A stretch of DNA of 64,000 nucleotides from an uncultured Pseudomonadota bacterium. GTDB taxonomy: Bacteria > Pseudomonadota > Gammaproteobacteria > Burkholderiales > JALYOK01. Location of the stretch: assembly GCA_963840785.1 (NCBI GenBank), contig CAWJAF010000003.1:585126-649125 (forward strand). Reading direction: 5' to 3'. Below, in pieces: positions 8,371 through 17,498 of the stretch. Position numbers and translations under genes: made by a program. The notes under the pieces were generated by a model. It did no database searches and was not told the DNA's origin. It saw only the letters and a program-made list of their open reading frames with translations. How positions within the stretch are numbered: the first letter of the stretch is position 1; every line of letters starts with the position of its first letter.

Positions 8371-8490
8371 CCCCCATCCCAACCCTTGGCCCTGCCACCC
8401 CGCCCCCGCTATGCGAGGGAAGGAGCTAAGAGCTTGCCCTCCCTTGCGAAGCGGGGGCGGGGTGGCCTAGGGCCAAGGGTTGGATGGGGG
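8371..8490. repeat. long imperfect palindrome (about 40-bp arms) between two minus-strand genes
   Basis: The left arm CCCCCATCCCAACCCTTGGCCCTGCCACCCCGCCCCCGCT pairs with the right arm AGCGGGGGCGGGGTGGCCTAGGGCCAAGGGTTGGATGGGGG. It lies just downstream of the stop at 8510. Confidence 0.8.
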
Positions 8491-8509
8491 CAGGTGCCCG
8501 AGTAACTTG

Positions 8510-9262
8510 CTATATGCCGAGCCCGCGCCGCAGGTCAGCTGCGGTTAGCGCCTTGCCAAAGACGTTGGTTCCGCGATCGAATTTCTTCGCGCTTGCGAGC
8601 CCACCGACAACCACCGGCTCGAAACCCGCCTCCCTCACCAGCCGCGCGGCGATTTCAACTGCTTCCTTGTCATCACCCGCAAGTGCAATCGCAATGCGCT
8701 CTCCGGATCGATGGGCGTCGTTCGCAATGGCGGCGGCGGGCACACACGTAAATGCGCGCACGAGCCGACCACCGGGCAAGAATTCCGCCGACGCCAGACC
8801 CGCTCCTTTTTCGAGTGCGGGCCCGGCCATCGCACCATCGCGCGCGGGGGACGGATTGCCGGTTTCGAGCACGATTTTGCCAGCGATCTCTTTGGCGAAA
8901 TCCTGGCCGACCTGAGGCAGTGCGCCGTAAGGCACCGAAATCAACAGGACTTCACCGAACGCTGCCGCCTCTCGCGGTGTGCCGGCGCGGGCTTTCGGGC
9001 CGGCACGCTTGACCAAATCGGCAAGCTGTTCGGGGTGACGCGATGAAAAAAATACCTCGTGACCGGCTTTCGCCCAATGCGTGCCGACTGCACCGCCGAT
9101 CTTGCCCGCGCCAATCACACCGATTTTCATCGGCGTCACTTTACCGTCGGTTTGTGCCCGTGCTGCCAGCGGCAGCCCGCCGAGCACCAAGCTCGCTCCA
9201 GCCGCGGAAAAGCCGGCAAGCAGCGCGCGCCGGCTAAGGTTTACATTTCGAGTGTCGCTCAT
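8510..9262 (-). CDS. NAD(P)-binding oxidoreductase (NADPH-dependent F420 reductase-like fold) with a twin-arginine signal peptide
   Basis: Tat-type motif and signal peptide LSRRALLAGFSAAGASLVLGGLPLAARA/Q, then a Rossmann motif KIGVIGAGKIGGAVG. Confidence 0.65.
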   Translation of the reverse strand: MSDTRNVNLSRRALLAGFSAAGASLVLGGLPLAARAQTDGKVTPMKIGVIGAGKIGGAVGTHWAKAGHEVFFSSRHPEQLADLVKRAGPKARAGTPREAAAFGEVLLISVPYGALPQVGQDFAKEIAGKIVLETGNPSPARDGAMAGPALEKGAGLASAEFLPGGRLVRAFTCVPAAAIANDAHRSGERIAIALAGDDKEAVEIAARLVREAGFEPVVVGGLASAKKFDRGTNVFGKALTAADLRRGLGI

Positions 9263-9483
9263 GTCTTTCCTTTATCAAGTAGGCATCTGTTCGTAGAACG
9301 CGAATTCTCACGCGCCGATTTTTTTCTTCAAGTCCGGCGGCGCATGCGGTGTTGCTCCTCGCCCTTTCTCCAAGGGGAGGCGGGGAACGATGGGACAGGT
9401 TGGCTGTATTTTAAGCTGCCTATATCAGCGCTGCCAATACTGCCCACAAAACATAAACTACCGGCGCGCTTGCTGCTACACAT

Positions 9484-9510
9484 GTCATCCTGAGCAGCGC
9501 GAAGGATGAC
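9484..9510. repeat. REP-like hairpin GTCATCC-N13-GGATGAC
   Basis: Read directly. A related copy lies at 17030-17054. Confidence 0.7.
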
Positions 9511-9645
9511 AACCAAAGATGACTATCCCAGGCGGGTTCATGGAATGCAGCGACGATGAACGTTGCCACGCCATGGGCCCCAGGCTAGGCGAACCTATGG
9601 TTCTGATTTCGATAAGAACCGTTGTGCTGCGACGATTTTTCCGCG

Positions 9646-10539
9646 TCAACTCGTGCTCGGGAGCGATATTCCGGTTAACGCTTGGTAATACTTGATCAGC
9701 GCGGCATCATCTTCGTCACCATAGGATGCATTCGACGCCGCAGAAAAAATTTCGTGAACGTGACAACCGATGCTGAGCGGGAATGCCTTTTCTGCGGCCA
9801 AGTCGACAGCCAATCCGAGATCCTTGGTCAATATCGGTATCGCCGCCCGCGGCGCATAATCACCTTGCAACACGCGCGCCATGCGATCGCGAAACATCCA
9901 ACTGGCGCCGGAACTTTCGTTCACGACATCGAACACCCTACGCGGATCGAGACCGGCACGAATCGCCAAGGCCATGGCTTCTGCCGCCGCGGCGACGTTC
10001 ACGGCGGCAAGCAAATTGTTGACGAGTTTCATTTTTGAAGCTGTGCCGGGAACGTCGCCAAGATGAAACACTTTACCGCTAATACTTTCAAGCAAGCCTA
10101 AACTGCGCTGGTAGGCAGCCGCTGCGCCGGCGACCATGATGGTCATCGTGCCAGCGGCGGCACGCGCCGGACCACCGGACACTGGCGCATCCAAGAGATT
10201 GAGTTGCAACGCTGCTAAGCGCAGTGCAAGCGCCTCAACATAATCTGGCGCAAGCGTGCTACTGAGAATCACAACACTCCCCTTGGCTAGCGCCGGCGCT
10301 GCCCCTTCAGCACCAAACAAAACTTCCTCGACTTGCGCGGCATTGACTACGAGAATAATAACAACGTCGACTTCCCGCGCCATCGCCGCCGGTGACGCAC
10401 AAGGAATCGCGCCCAACGTTGCGGCTTGAATCATGCGCTCGGCAACAACATCGCGCACATAGATCTTATGGCCGGCACGCGCCAACGTTTCTACCACCCC
10501 CATACCCATCACACCAACGCCAATTACACCGATCGACAT
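9646..10539 (-). CDS. NAD(P)-dependent oxidoreductase, 3-hydroxyisobutyrate dehydrogenase (HIBADH) family
   Basis: IGVIGVGVMGMG dinucleotide fold, DAPVSGG, and KMKLVNNLL, which are typical of the family. Confidence 0.8.
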   Translation of the reverse strand: MSIGVIGVGVMGMGVVETLARAGHKIYVRDVVAERMIQAATLGAIPCASPAAMAREVDVVIILVVNAAQVEEVLFGAEGAAPALAKGSVVILSSTLAPDYVEALALRLAALQLNLLDAPVSGGPARAAAGTMTIMVAGAAAAYQRSLGLLESISGKVFHLGDVPGTASKMKLVNNLLAAVNVAAAAEAMALAIRAGLDPRRVFDVVNESSGASWMFRDRMARVLQGDYAPRAAIPILTKDLGLAVDLAAEKAFPLSIGCHVHEIFSAASNASYGDEDDAALIKYYQALTGISLPSTS

Positions 10540-10858
10540 TTAACTATTCCATTTCCTAGAGAAGCTCTGATTTGTTTCGAGTTCTACACGCGACAAGACG
10601 CGAAGAAAATATTGTGACGCGGCCTAACTCTGACATGCAAGGAGCAATTTTTTATGAGCAACACAATATCGCGACGACATCGAAAACGATCAAAGCTTAC
10701 ATGGTTTTCTATCCGAGCAACTGGCATCGGCAGCGCTTCACCGGAATTTCTATCCGTGCTACAGTCATGCGAACCGTGGCGCGGTGCAGGCCATTACACC
10801 TTTAGCGATTTCGCCGCGATTACATTATCTGAAAACTTAACTGTAACTAGGGGGAGAC

Positions 10859-11380
10859 ATGGCAATTGCAGTAGCTAAATTTTTGGATGTAGCGAATGGT
10901 TTGCAAGCCAATCAGTTTTCGATCGGCGGCCATGTCAACATCAATTCGTTGGACGATATCGATCCCATCTACAAGCCGCTTTTGGATGGGCCCGTCCCTG
11001 CAATGTTCGCCGTGTTGGGTTCCGATGGTCGGCCGAATCTAACACCGATGTGGTTTGATTACGAAGGGTCGACGGTCTTGGTCAATGTCGCGACTCATCG
11101 CAAAAAAGTCGAGTGGATTCGTGCGAATCCAAAGTTGACCTTGTTGCTGGTAAACCCCGCCAACATGTACCACTGGGTCAGCATCAAATGTACCGTCAAG
11201 CGCGAGATTTTGGAAGACGATCCGAAAGAAGGCGCGCGTGTTACCAAGCAACTTGACAAAATCTGGACCAAATATACGCAGCAGCCGGCACCGTACGGCC
11301 TGCGCGATCCGTCGAAAAACGAGCGGCGCGTATTATTCGAGTGCCCAGTCGACAAGATCGCCACGTTCGGCAAATCGTAA
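10859..11380 (+). CDS. pyridoxamine 5'-phosphate oxidase (PPOX)-family flavoprotein
   Basis: 173-aa ORF with a GGGGGAG Shine-Dalgarno. The segment GRPNLTPMWFDYEGSTVLVNVATHRKKVEWIRANPKLTLLLV is typical of the PPOX split-barrel. Confidence 0.6.
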   Translation: MAIAVAKFLDVANGLQANQFSIGGHVNINSLDDIDPIYKPLLDGPVPAMFAVLGSDGRPNLTPMWFDYEGSTVLVNVATHRKKVEWIRANPKLTLLLVNPANMYHWVSIKCTVKREILEDDPKEGARVTKQLDKIWTKYTQQPAPYGLRDPSKNERRVLFECPVDKIATFGKS

Positions 11381-11392
11381 GCCTGCGCGACA

Positions 11393-12565
11393 ATGCGCGC
11401 AGCGGTAGTCGGCGGTTCCCTTGGCGGTTTGTATGCCGCCTTACTGTTGCGCGATCTCGGTATCGATGTCGACATCTACGAGCGCTCGCCGGTCGAGTTA
11501 GCGCAGCGCGGAGCCGGCATCGGCTATCTCCCCGAGAGCCAACGTTATCTAGTCGAGCGCGCCGGTGTCACCCTGGATGAGATCAGCATCCCGACCGGCT
11601 ATATTCGCTACCTGCATCGTAACGCCGATGTGCTTTTTGAAGCGTCGCACGGCTATCGTTTTAGTTCATGGAATACCATTTATCGTCGGTTGCTGACGCG
11701 TTTCTCCGCGAAAAATTACCACCTCGGTTATGAAATGGCCGGATGGGAAGCGCAGGACAACGACGTCGAAATTGCCTTCGCGGCACATGCGTCGCAGCGC
11801 GCCGATCTTGCCGTGATGGCCGATGGCGTAGGCTCATTGGCACGAGCACGCTTGTTACCTGAAGTGCGTTCCGCCTATGCGGGCTACGTCGCATGGCGCG
11901 GCATGGTGCCGGAAGCGCAGTTGGATACGACAACAAGGGTGGTGTTTGATAACGCCATTACCTATTTTGTTTACGCCAACAGCCATATTTTGGTCTATCC
12001 GATTCCCGGGCTGGATGGCTCAGTCAAACGCGGCGATCGGCTGCTCAATTTCGTCTGGTATCGAAACTATCTTGCGGGCAGCGATTTAGATAACTTGCTG
12101 ACCGACAACACCGGGTTACGTCGCGATATTTCGTTGCCACCGGGCGTCGCTGCTGCACACCACATAAACGAATTGCGCGCCGTTGCACAAGCGCGCTTAC
12201 CCGCACCGATGGCAAAATTGGTGTGTACGGCGGAGCAACCGTTTTTGCAAGTGGTGTACGACATCGAAGTACCGCGGATGGCATTCGGCCCAATCTGCTT
12301 AGTCGGCGATGCGGCGTTCGTTGCGCGTCCGCACGCCGCCGCGGGAACCGCTAAGGCCGCGTCCGACGCATGGGCGCTCGCCGATGCATTACGAAATAAC
12401 AACGATGTCGCCACGGCTCTAGAACAATGGCAGCCAGGGCAATTGGCGGTGGGCAAACAGCTATTGGATCGCACGCGCGCCATCGGCCGCCGTTCGCAGT
12501 TCGACGGCACCTGGTCGCCAGGCGACCCTGAATTGATATTCGGACTTCGCGGACCAGGTCAATGA
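11393..12565 (+). CDS. FAD-dependent aromatic-ring monooxygenase
   Basis: VVGGSLGGLYAALLLRDLGIDVDIYER (GxGxxG) and GDAAFVARPHAAAGTAKA motifs. Confidence 0.75.
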   Translation: MRAAVVGGSLGGLYAALLLRDLGIDVDIYERSPVELAQRGAGIGYLPESQRYLVERAGVTLDEISIPTGYIRYLHRNADVLFEASHGYRFSSWNTIYRRLLTRFSAKNYHLGYEMAGWEAQDNDVEIAFAAHASQRADLAVMADGVGSLARARLLPEVRSAYAGYVAWRGMVPEAQLDTTTRVVFDNAITYFVYANSHILVYPIPGLDGSVKRGDRLLNFVWYRNYLAGSDLDNLLTDNTGLRRDISLPPGVAAAHHINELRAVAQARLPAPMAKLVCTAEQPFLQVVYDIEVPRMAFGPICLVGDAAFVARPHAAAGTAKAASDAWALADALRNNNDVATALEQWQPGQLAVGKQLLDRTRAIGRRSQFDGTWSPGDPELIFGLRGPGQ

Positions 12566-13341
12566 GCAACTATCGCGTCATCGAATGTAAAGCTTGGTTT
12601 GTGCGTTAAAACATCGCAATTTCCGAGCACGAGTTAAAGGGCAGGAAAAGTTGTGATCGTGCAACGGTGCGCATCCTCACAAAGCTGACCTCACTTGCAG
12701 TCGTTGATACCCAGACGATACGAAATATTTAAGCCTAAACCCGTCGAATATTTTGTCGAAAAACTTTACACGCAACACGTTGGCAATCTCTGCCGTAAAA
12801 AATCTATTTTATTTTCAATGTGTTGTACATTTGGCGCACTTTTTGCGTGGGACTGAATTATCCGTGAGGGCGGCTTTGACGACTATAACTTTCGATATAG
12901 ATTTTCAACTCCTCCTACTACTTTTGGCCTATTGACAGCGTTTTGACATTGGGTAAAGTTAGCTTAACAACTAGATTCATTTGAATAGCGGCGAATAGTG
13001 CGGAGCAATAATAAACAAAAAAGGATTTCGATGTTATGCCTCTGGCGTTGGCTTACGTCAATGCAACCTCAGCACGCGTGTAGATTCTCCAGTACTGATT
13101 GGGTCGGTATGTGCCTTTCAATACGCCCGGCCACTACATATTTTCGGATAAAAAGACCTTACCTTCACCTCGCTTGGGGGGGGAAGTTCGCCGGGGAAAA
13201 CAATACGTATTCTGAACCAATTTTCTCCGCGTCTCCTGCGCCGGATTTCTCGCAAACTCTTTGTGCTCACAATTTCGGCTCTAGGTATCGCGGCTCTGCC
13301 GCTCAAATAACTCGATCGAAAACAGCGCCTTTAAGACCGCT

Positions 13342-14793
13342 ATGAACGATGAATCTCGAATGTTGGTAAATCCAGTACCCTCACAAACATTGTCGACCAA
13401 CCAATACGACAGGTTTTCTTTTGGTTCGCTGGCGAAGATTGTCGTCGCCGGATTCGACACGCTGAAGGTTACTGACGCCGTATGTTTTATTGCGTTGGGC
13501 TTGTCGATTGCGCTTTTGGCTGGTTCGGTTTCAACTATCGTTTCATCGATTCGACAATCGCATCGAAACATCGAGTTAATACGCTCGACGACAAACTACA
13601 TCAACGAAATTAACCAAGTTTCGCGTACGGTTGATCGCCTCGAACTAATCGAACGCCGTTACTTGGATTCGAAGGCAAATCACGAAGTAAAGTATGTCGT
13701 AAGACTGCGTGGAAGCGTGAACGCCGAGCTTATACAACTTGAACGTTACGCGTCGGACGGGACATTGGCGCCGCTTTTGAAATCACTTAATGGAACGGAA
13801 CAAACGCCATTGACTGCGCAATTGCGGATAGGCCACGAAAATGATGCCGATTCGCGAACGGATGATGGAGAGGCGCTTGTTTCCGATTTGACGACGATCG
13901 CACTAGTTAACGAGTATCTTGCTGCACGACACGATCAAGCAAATTCAATACTCATTCAACAGATGGGCGCAGAGCGAAAATTAAAATCTGATCTCGTCAC
14001 GCGGTCCGCATCATTAGCCAGCGGCGCGGCGCTGCTGTTTTTGGTCTGGTACCTTATGCGCCGCGCTAAGTCCGTTTCTAATTTTCGACTTCAGTCCAGT
14101 AAAGCGGCCGCCGAGTCAAATCGCCGGAACACTAACGAAGCTGAGTCCAAAGCTACGGCCATCGCAGCAGCTCGTGTCGATGAGCGCGCCATGATCGCAC
14201 ATAACATTCACGATGAATTGGGCGCTCTATTGATGTTGCTCAAAATTGACCTAAGACGCTCATCTAAATCGTCGGTGCCGGCGCGGCGGGCCGTCGATGG
14301 CCAATGGGCAATCATGTTGGATCGAGTCGATCAAGCGATGAATACCGTGTCGCGAATTACTGGCACCTTAACTTCCGACATTGTTGAGCGATTCGGACTT
14401 TGGCGTGCCTTGGAAACTTATGCGCGGGAATTCCAAAAAACTATCGAAATCCCGTGTCATTTGGAAATTAATCTCGACAATTGTTCACCTTGCAACGGCG
14501 AGAAAGCCAACGATATCTTTCGTGTTTTCCAAGAATCGCTGACAAATGTGGCTCGACACGCAAATGCATCGACATTAAGCATTAACATAATTGCCGACAA
14601 CGGCCGTCTGAGCATTGAAATATCCGACGATGGCAAGGGTATTTCACCGGATCAAATATCAGATTCTCACTCCTCGGGTTTGCAAGGAATGTATGCCCGC
14701 GCCCGCAGGGTGGGTGGCACCCTCAATATTGGTACAGGTCAGGAAGGAGGCACAATCGTGGCCTTCCAAATTCCGCTGCATTTTATTCAGTGA
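13342..14793 (+). CDS. membrane sensor histidine kinase, NarL-partner (HisKA_3) type, uncharacterised periplasmic domain
   Basis: Two TM segments bracket about 150 residues. H-box AHNIHDELGALL, N-box QESLTNVARHANAS, and G-boxes DDGKGI and GLQGMYARA. Confidence 0.85.
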   Translation: MNDESRMLVNPVPSQTLSTNQYDRFSFGSLAKIVVAGFDTLKVTDAVCFIALGLSIALLAGSVSTIVSSIRQSHRNIELIRSTTNYINEINQVSRTVDRLELIERRYLDSKANHEVKYVVRLRGSVNAELIQLERYASDGTLAPLLKSLNGTEQTPLTAQLRIGHENDADSRTDDGEALVSDLTTIALVNEYLAARHDQANSILIQQMGAERKLKSDLVTRSASLASGAALLFLVWYLMRRAKSVSNFRLQSSKAAAESNRRNTNEAESKATAIAAARVDERAMIAHNIHDELGALLMLLKIDLRRSSKSSVPARRAVDGQWAIMLDRVDQAMNTVSRITGTLTSDIVERFGLWRALETYAREFQKTIEIPCHLEINLDNCSPCNGEKANDIFRVFQESLTNVARHANASTLSINIIADNGRLSIEISDDGKGISPDQISDSHSSGLQGMYARARRVGGTLNIGTGQEGGTIVAFQIPLHFIQ

Positions 14794-15434
14794 AAGAAAA
14801 AAAACTCAGAATATTGATCGCAGACGATCATGCGTTGGTCAGAGCCGGGATAAAGACCATCCTGTCCGACGAAGTGGATATTGAACTGATCGGCGAAGCG
14901 GATTCGGCCACGCAAGCCTTGAAGCGAGTTCGTAGCGAAGATTGGGATATTGTCATTATGGATATCAACATGCCCGGCCAGAACTCGTTGGACGTTCTAC
15001 GCTTGATGAAACTCGAAAAGCCCGAATTACCGGTCTTGATACTGACTATGCACCCTGAGAACCAGTATGCCTTGCGGGCACTTAAAGATGGCGCTTCCGG
15101 TTATTTAACGAAATCAGGCGCGCCGGACGACCTAGTTTCCGCGATCCGTAGAATTGTCGCCGGTGGGGCTTATGTCAGTCCGTCCCTTGCGCTGCAACTT
15201 GCCGACCAGCTCAAATCCAAACCCAGGGAAACATTGCACGAACTGCTGTCGGATAGAGAATTCACTGTTTTGTGCGCAATCGCCGACGGCAAGCCTTTGG
15301 CGCAGGTAGCCGCCGACTTAAATTTAAGCGCTAAAACGATTAGTTCCTATCGAACCAGGGTACTAAATAAGTTGGGTATGCATAGCAACACCGAATTGGT
15401 GCGGTACGCGCTTGAACATCACCTAATCCAATAA
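14790..15434 (+). CDS. NarL/LuxR-family response regulator
   Basis: The GTG start overlaps the kinase stop (GTGA). Receiver domain (ILIADDH...MDINMPG) plus LuxR HTH (LSDREFTVLCAIADGKPLAQVAADLNLSAKTISSYRTRVLNKLG). Confidence 0.9.
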   Translation: MKEKKLRILIADDHALVRAGIKTILSDEVDIELIGEADSATQALKRVRSEDWDIVIMDINMPGQNSLDVLRLMKLEKPELPVLILTMHPENQYALRALKDGASGYLTKSGAPDDLVSAIRRIVAGGAYVSPSLALQLADQLKSKPRETLHELLSDREFTVLCAIADGKPLAQVAADLNLSAKTISSYRTRVLNKLGMHSNTELVRYALEHHLIQ

Positions 15435-15532
15435 CAGCGCCATCGTTAATCAAAAGCATTTCATCTGCCGCGGTTCCCCTTGCCGGGCGAGTAGAGGACT
15501 TCCACCTCCTAGTGAATGCGCCCTGCCGGGCG

Positions 15533-15565
15533 CACAAAAATAACGCCCCGCCATGGGCGGGGCGT
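15533..15565 (-). terminator. intrinsic terminator oriented on the minus strand (orphan orientation)
   Basis: The minus strand reads ACGCCCCGCC-cat-GGCGGGGCGT followed by TATTTTTGTG. On the plus strand the hairpin has no U-tract. Confidence 0.55.
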
Positions 15566-15733
15566 GAACACTCCTGCACTGGAGGCAGTGTGCTGTCTAG
15601 GAGTGAGGAGAAACCAACACGAAAGCATCGTAGCTGACTTGAAAACGCCGCGTCCCCACATGACCAGGTAGGATTGGGCGACTCAAAGCCGCCAAGGTGC
15701 TAGGATACGTTCGTCAATCTCAACAAAAATCCA

Positions 15734-16984
15734 GTGAACGACGAATTCTTGTTTCAAGCACCTAAGACGACAGACAGCCTATGGGGGCGCTGGCGCGCCT
15801 TTCCGCTTTATCTGCGCATTCTCGGCGCCCTGGGGTTCGGCGTGATTATTGGCCTCACCTTCGGAACAAGCGTAGGCTGGCTGGCCATTCCGGCGAAACT
15901 CGTATTGCGCTTGCTTGGTGCCCTTGCACCGGCGTTGATTCTGGTCGCGATCATTCGCGCCCTGTTACGCGTGGAACTAAAAGGCCAAATTGGTCTACGC
16001 ATTGCTGGCTTACTGTTGCTCAATACGTTCGTCGCGATATTAATTGGACTGTTTGTCGCGAATATCATCGAGCCCGGTAATGCTGCAAAAATTACACCGC
16101 CGGAAAGCCGCGCGACCGCAAAGACCGGCCCCGACCCCATTCAGCAATTGCTCGACAACGTCCCGAAAAGTTTGCTTGGGCCCCTGGGGGACGACGGCAA
16201 AGTGATTGGCGTGATTTTCATCGCCATTGCCTTCGGCATCGCATTGCGCCGCTTTCGCGAAACACCGATTCGCAACGTCATGGATCTGGCCGACATCGGA
16301 TTCGGCGCAATCATCACCATACTGCGTTGGGTGATCGAAGTCATTCCCATCGCCGTGTTCGGCATTGTCGCGAGCATCGTCGGCACGAAGGGCTTATCCG
16401 ATTTCAAGGCGCTCGGATTATTTGTTGTCGCAGTGATCGTCGCCTTGTTGTTGCAAGCGACCTACTACCTTTTGCGCGTTCGTTTCGGCTCCTGGGTCAA
16501 ACCGCTAGATCTGCTGCGCGGCGCGCGCGACGCAATGGTGATGGCTTTCTCCACGGCAAGTTCCACCGCGACTTCGCCCGTCACCTACGCATGCTTGAAA
16601 GATCGTGTCGGTCTGCGCGAACAATCCGCCGGCCTCGGCGCATTGGTCGCATCGAACTTCAACAACGATGGCACTGCGCTCTACGAAGCAATGGCAGCGC
16701 TATTCATCGCGCAAATGCTGGGCATGGAGCTGACCTACACGCAGCAATTTCTCGTCGTCATCACCAGCGTGTTTGCATCTGTCGGCGCAGCGGGCATTCC
16801 CGAAGCGGGACTTGTGACGATGACCATGGTGTTCAAAGCCGTCGGCCTGCCGATTGAATACATCGCAATTTTGCTCACCGTCGATTGGTTTCTCGACCGT
16901 TGCCGCACGGTAGTAAACATGATGGGCGATATGAATATTGCGTGTTTACTCGATGGCAAAACGCGCGAGAACAAAACATTGTAG
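15734..16984 (+). CDS. dicarboxylate/amino acid:cation symporter (SDF/DAACS family)
   Basis: 416-aa polytopic ORF with family motifs (SSTATSPVTYAC, NNDGTALYEA). Confidence 0.85.
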   Translation: MNDEFLFQAPKTTDSLWGRWRAFPLYLRILGALGFGVIIGLTFGTSVGWLAIPAKLVLRLLGALAPALILVAIIRALLRVELKGQIGLRIAGLLLLNTFVAILIGLFVANIIEPGNAAKITPPESRATAKTGPDPIQQLLDNVPKSLLGPLGDDGKVIGVIFIAIAFGIALRRFRETPIRNVMDLADIGFGAIITILRWVIEVIPIAVFGIVASIVGTKGLSDFKALGLFVVAVIVALLLQATYYLLRVRFGSWVKPLDLLRGARDAMVMAFSTASSTATSPVTYACLKDRVGLREQSAGLGALVASNFNNDGTALYEAMAALFIAQMLGMELTYTQQFLVVITSVFASVGAAGIPEAGLVTMTMVFKAVGLPIEYIAILLTVDWFLDRCRTVVNMMGDMNIACLLDGKTRENKTL

Positions 16985-16995
16985 AAGGGTGAATC

Positions 16996-17093
16996 AAGTC
17001 CCGCAGGGACGGACCCACGATTAAAGATTGTCATCCTGAGCGAAAGCGAAGGATCTGCTTATGCGTTCTGGCGGATCCGTCCCGGCGGGACCT
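16996..17093. repeat. composite palindromic element downstream of the symporter gene
   Basis: Arms AAGTCCCGCAGGGACGGACCC and GGATCCGTCCCGGCGGGACCT (18 of 21 complementary) flank a GTCATCCTGAGCGAAAGCGAAGGAT core. Confidence 0.75.
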
Positions 17094-17164
17094 GATCCGC
17101 CCGACCCTGCCACCAATCAATATCAGCGCGCCTTCCAGGCAATGCATGCCAGGGGAGTCAATAT

Positions 17165-17204
17165 CCAGAGGCTGGCCTTGGGCTATGCGCCTCTCAGGCC
17201 ATCG
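17165..17204. repeat. copy of the ...ATGCGCCTCTCAGGCCATCG REP-like family
   Basis: CCAGAGGCTGGCCTTGGGCTATGCGCCTCTCAGGCCATCG. Compare with 4165, 5751, 6870, 53528 and 56599. Confidence 0.6.
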
Positions 17205-17206
17205 AC

Positions 17207-17488
17207 TCATTTGATTTTGGTTGCTTGGTTACGCAATTTCGCTTTGACCTCGGCGGACAAAGCATCCCAATGCACACCATCTAACGCACCCCGCAACGAG
17301 TACAAGTAGTAACACACCGGAATGGTCTTATCGGGATGAGTCTCTTTGATTTGCCGATAGGCAGAGACCGGACCTACCTTTTCGAGATCGGCGCGAGATA
17401 ACACACCGATTTCATTTAACCGCCGTTCGATGGTTGCACCGATATTTTTGAGCTGCGAAAGGCCAGACTTCGCAATTCGTTTTCCCAT
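17207..17488 (-). CDS. TfoX C-terminal (helix-hairpin-helix) domain protein
   Basis: The ATG at 17488 is preceded by AAGGAG. The segment LSQLKNIGATIERRLNEIGVLSRADLEKVGPVSAY is TfoX_C-like. Confidence 0.7.
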   Translation of the reverse strand: MGKRIAKSGLSQLKNIGATIERRLNEIGVLSRADLEKVGPVSAYRQIKETHPDKTIPVCYYLYSLRGALDGVHWDALSAEVKAKLRNQATKIK

Positions 17489-17498
17489 GTTCGTCTCC

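Noticed and set aside
13176-13183. G8 tract as a phase-variable promoter element for the kinase operon
   Set aside because: It lies about 160 bp upstream of the start codon and is not positioned between recognisable -35 and -10 hexamers. I cannot support a function. It is mentioned only under the AT-rich tract.
15435-15733. Spacer as a known housekeeping RNA (4.5S/SRP, 6S, tmRNA, RNase P)
   Set aside because: I compared it by eye with the conserved cores I remember, for example the SRP GGAAGCAGCC-type loop and the tmRNA ends. The match was not convincing. It is kept only as an unclassified sRNA candidate.
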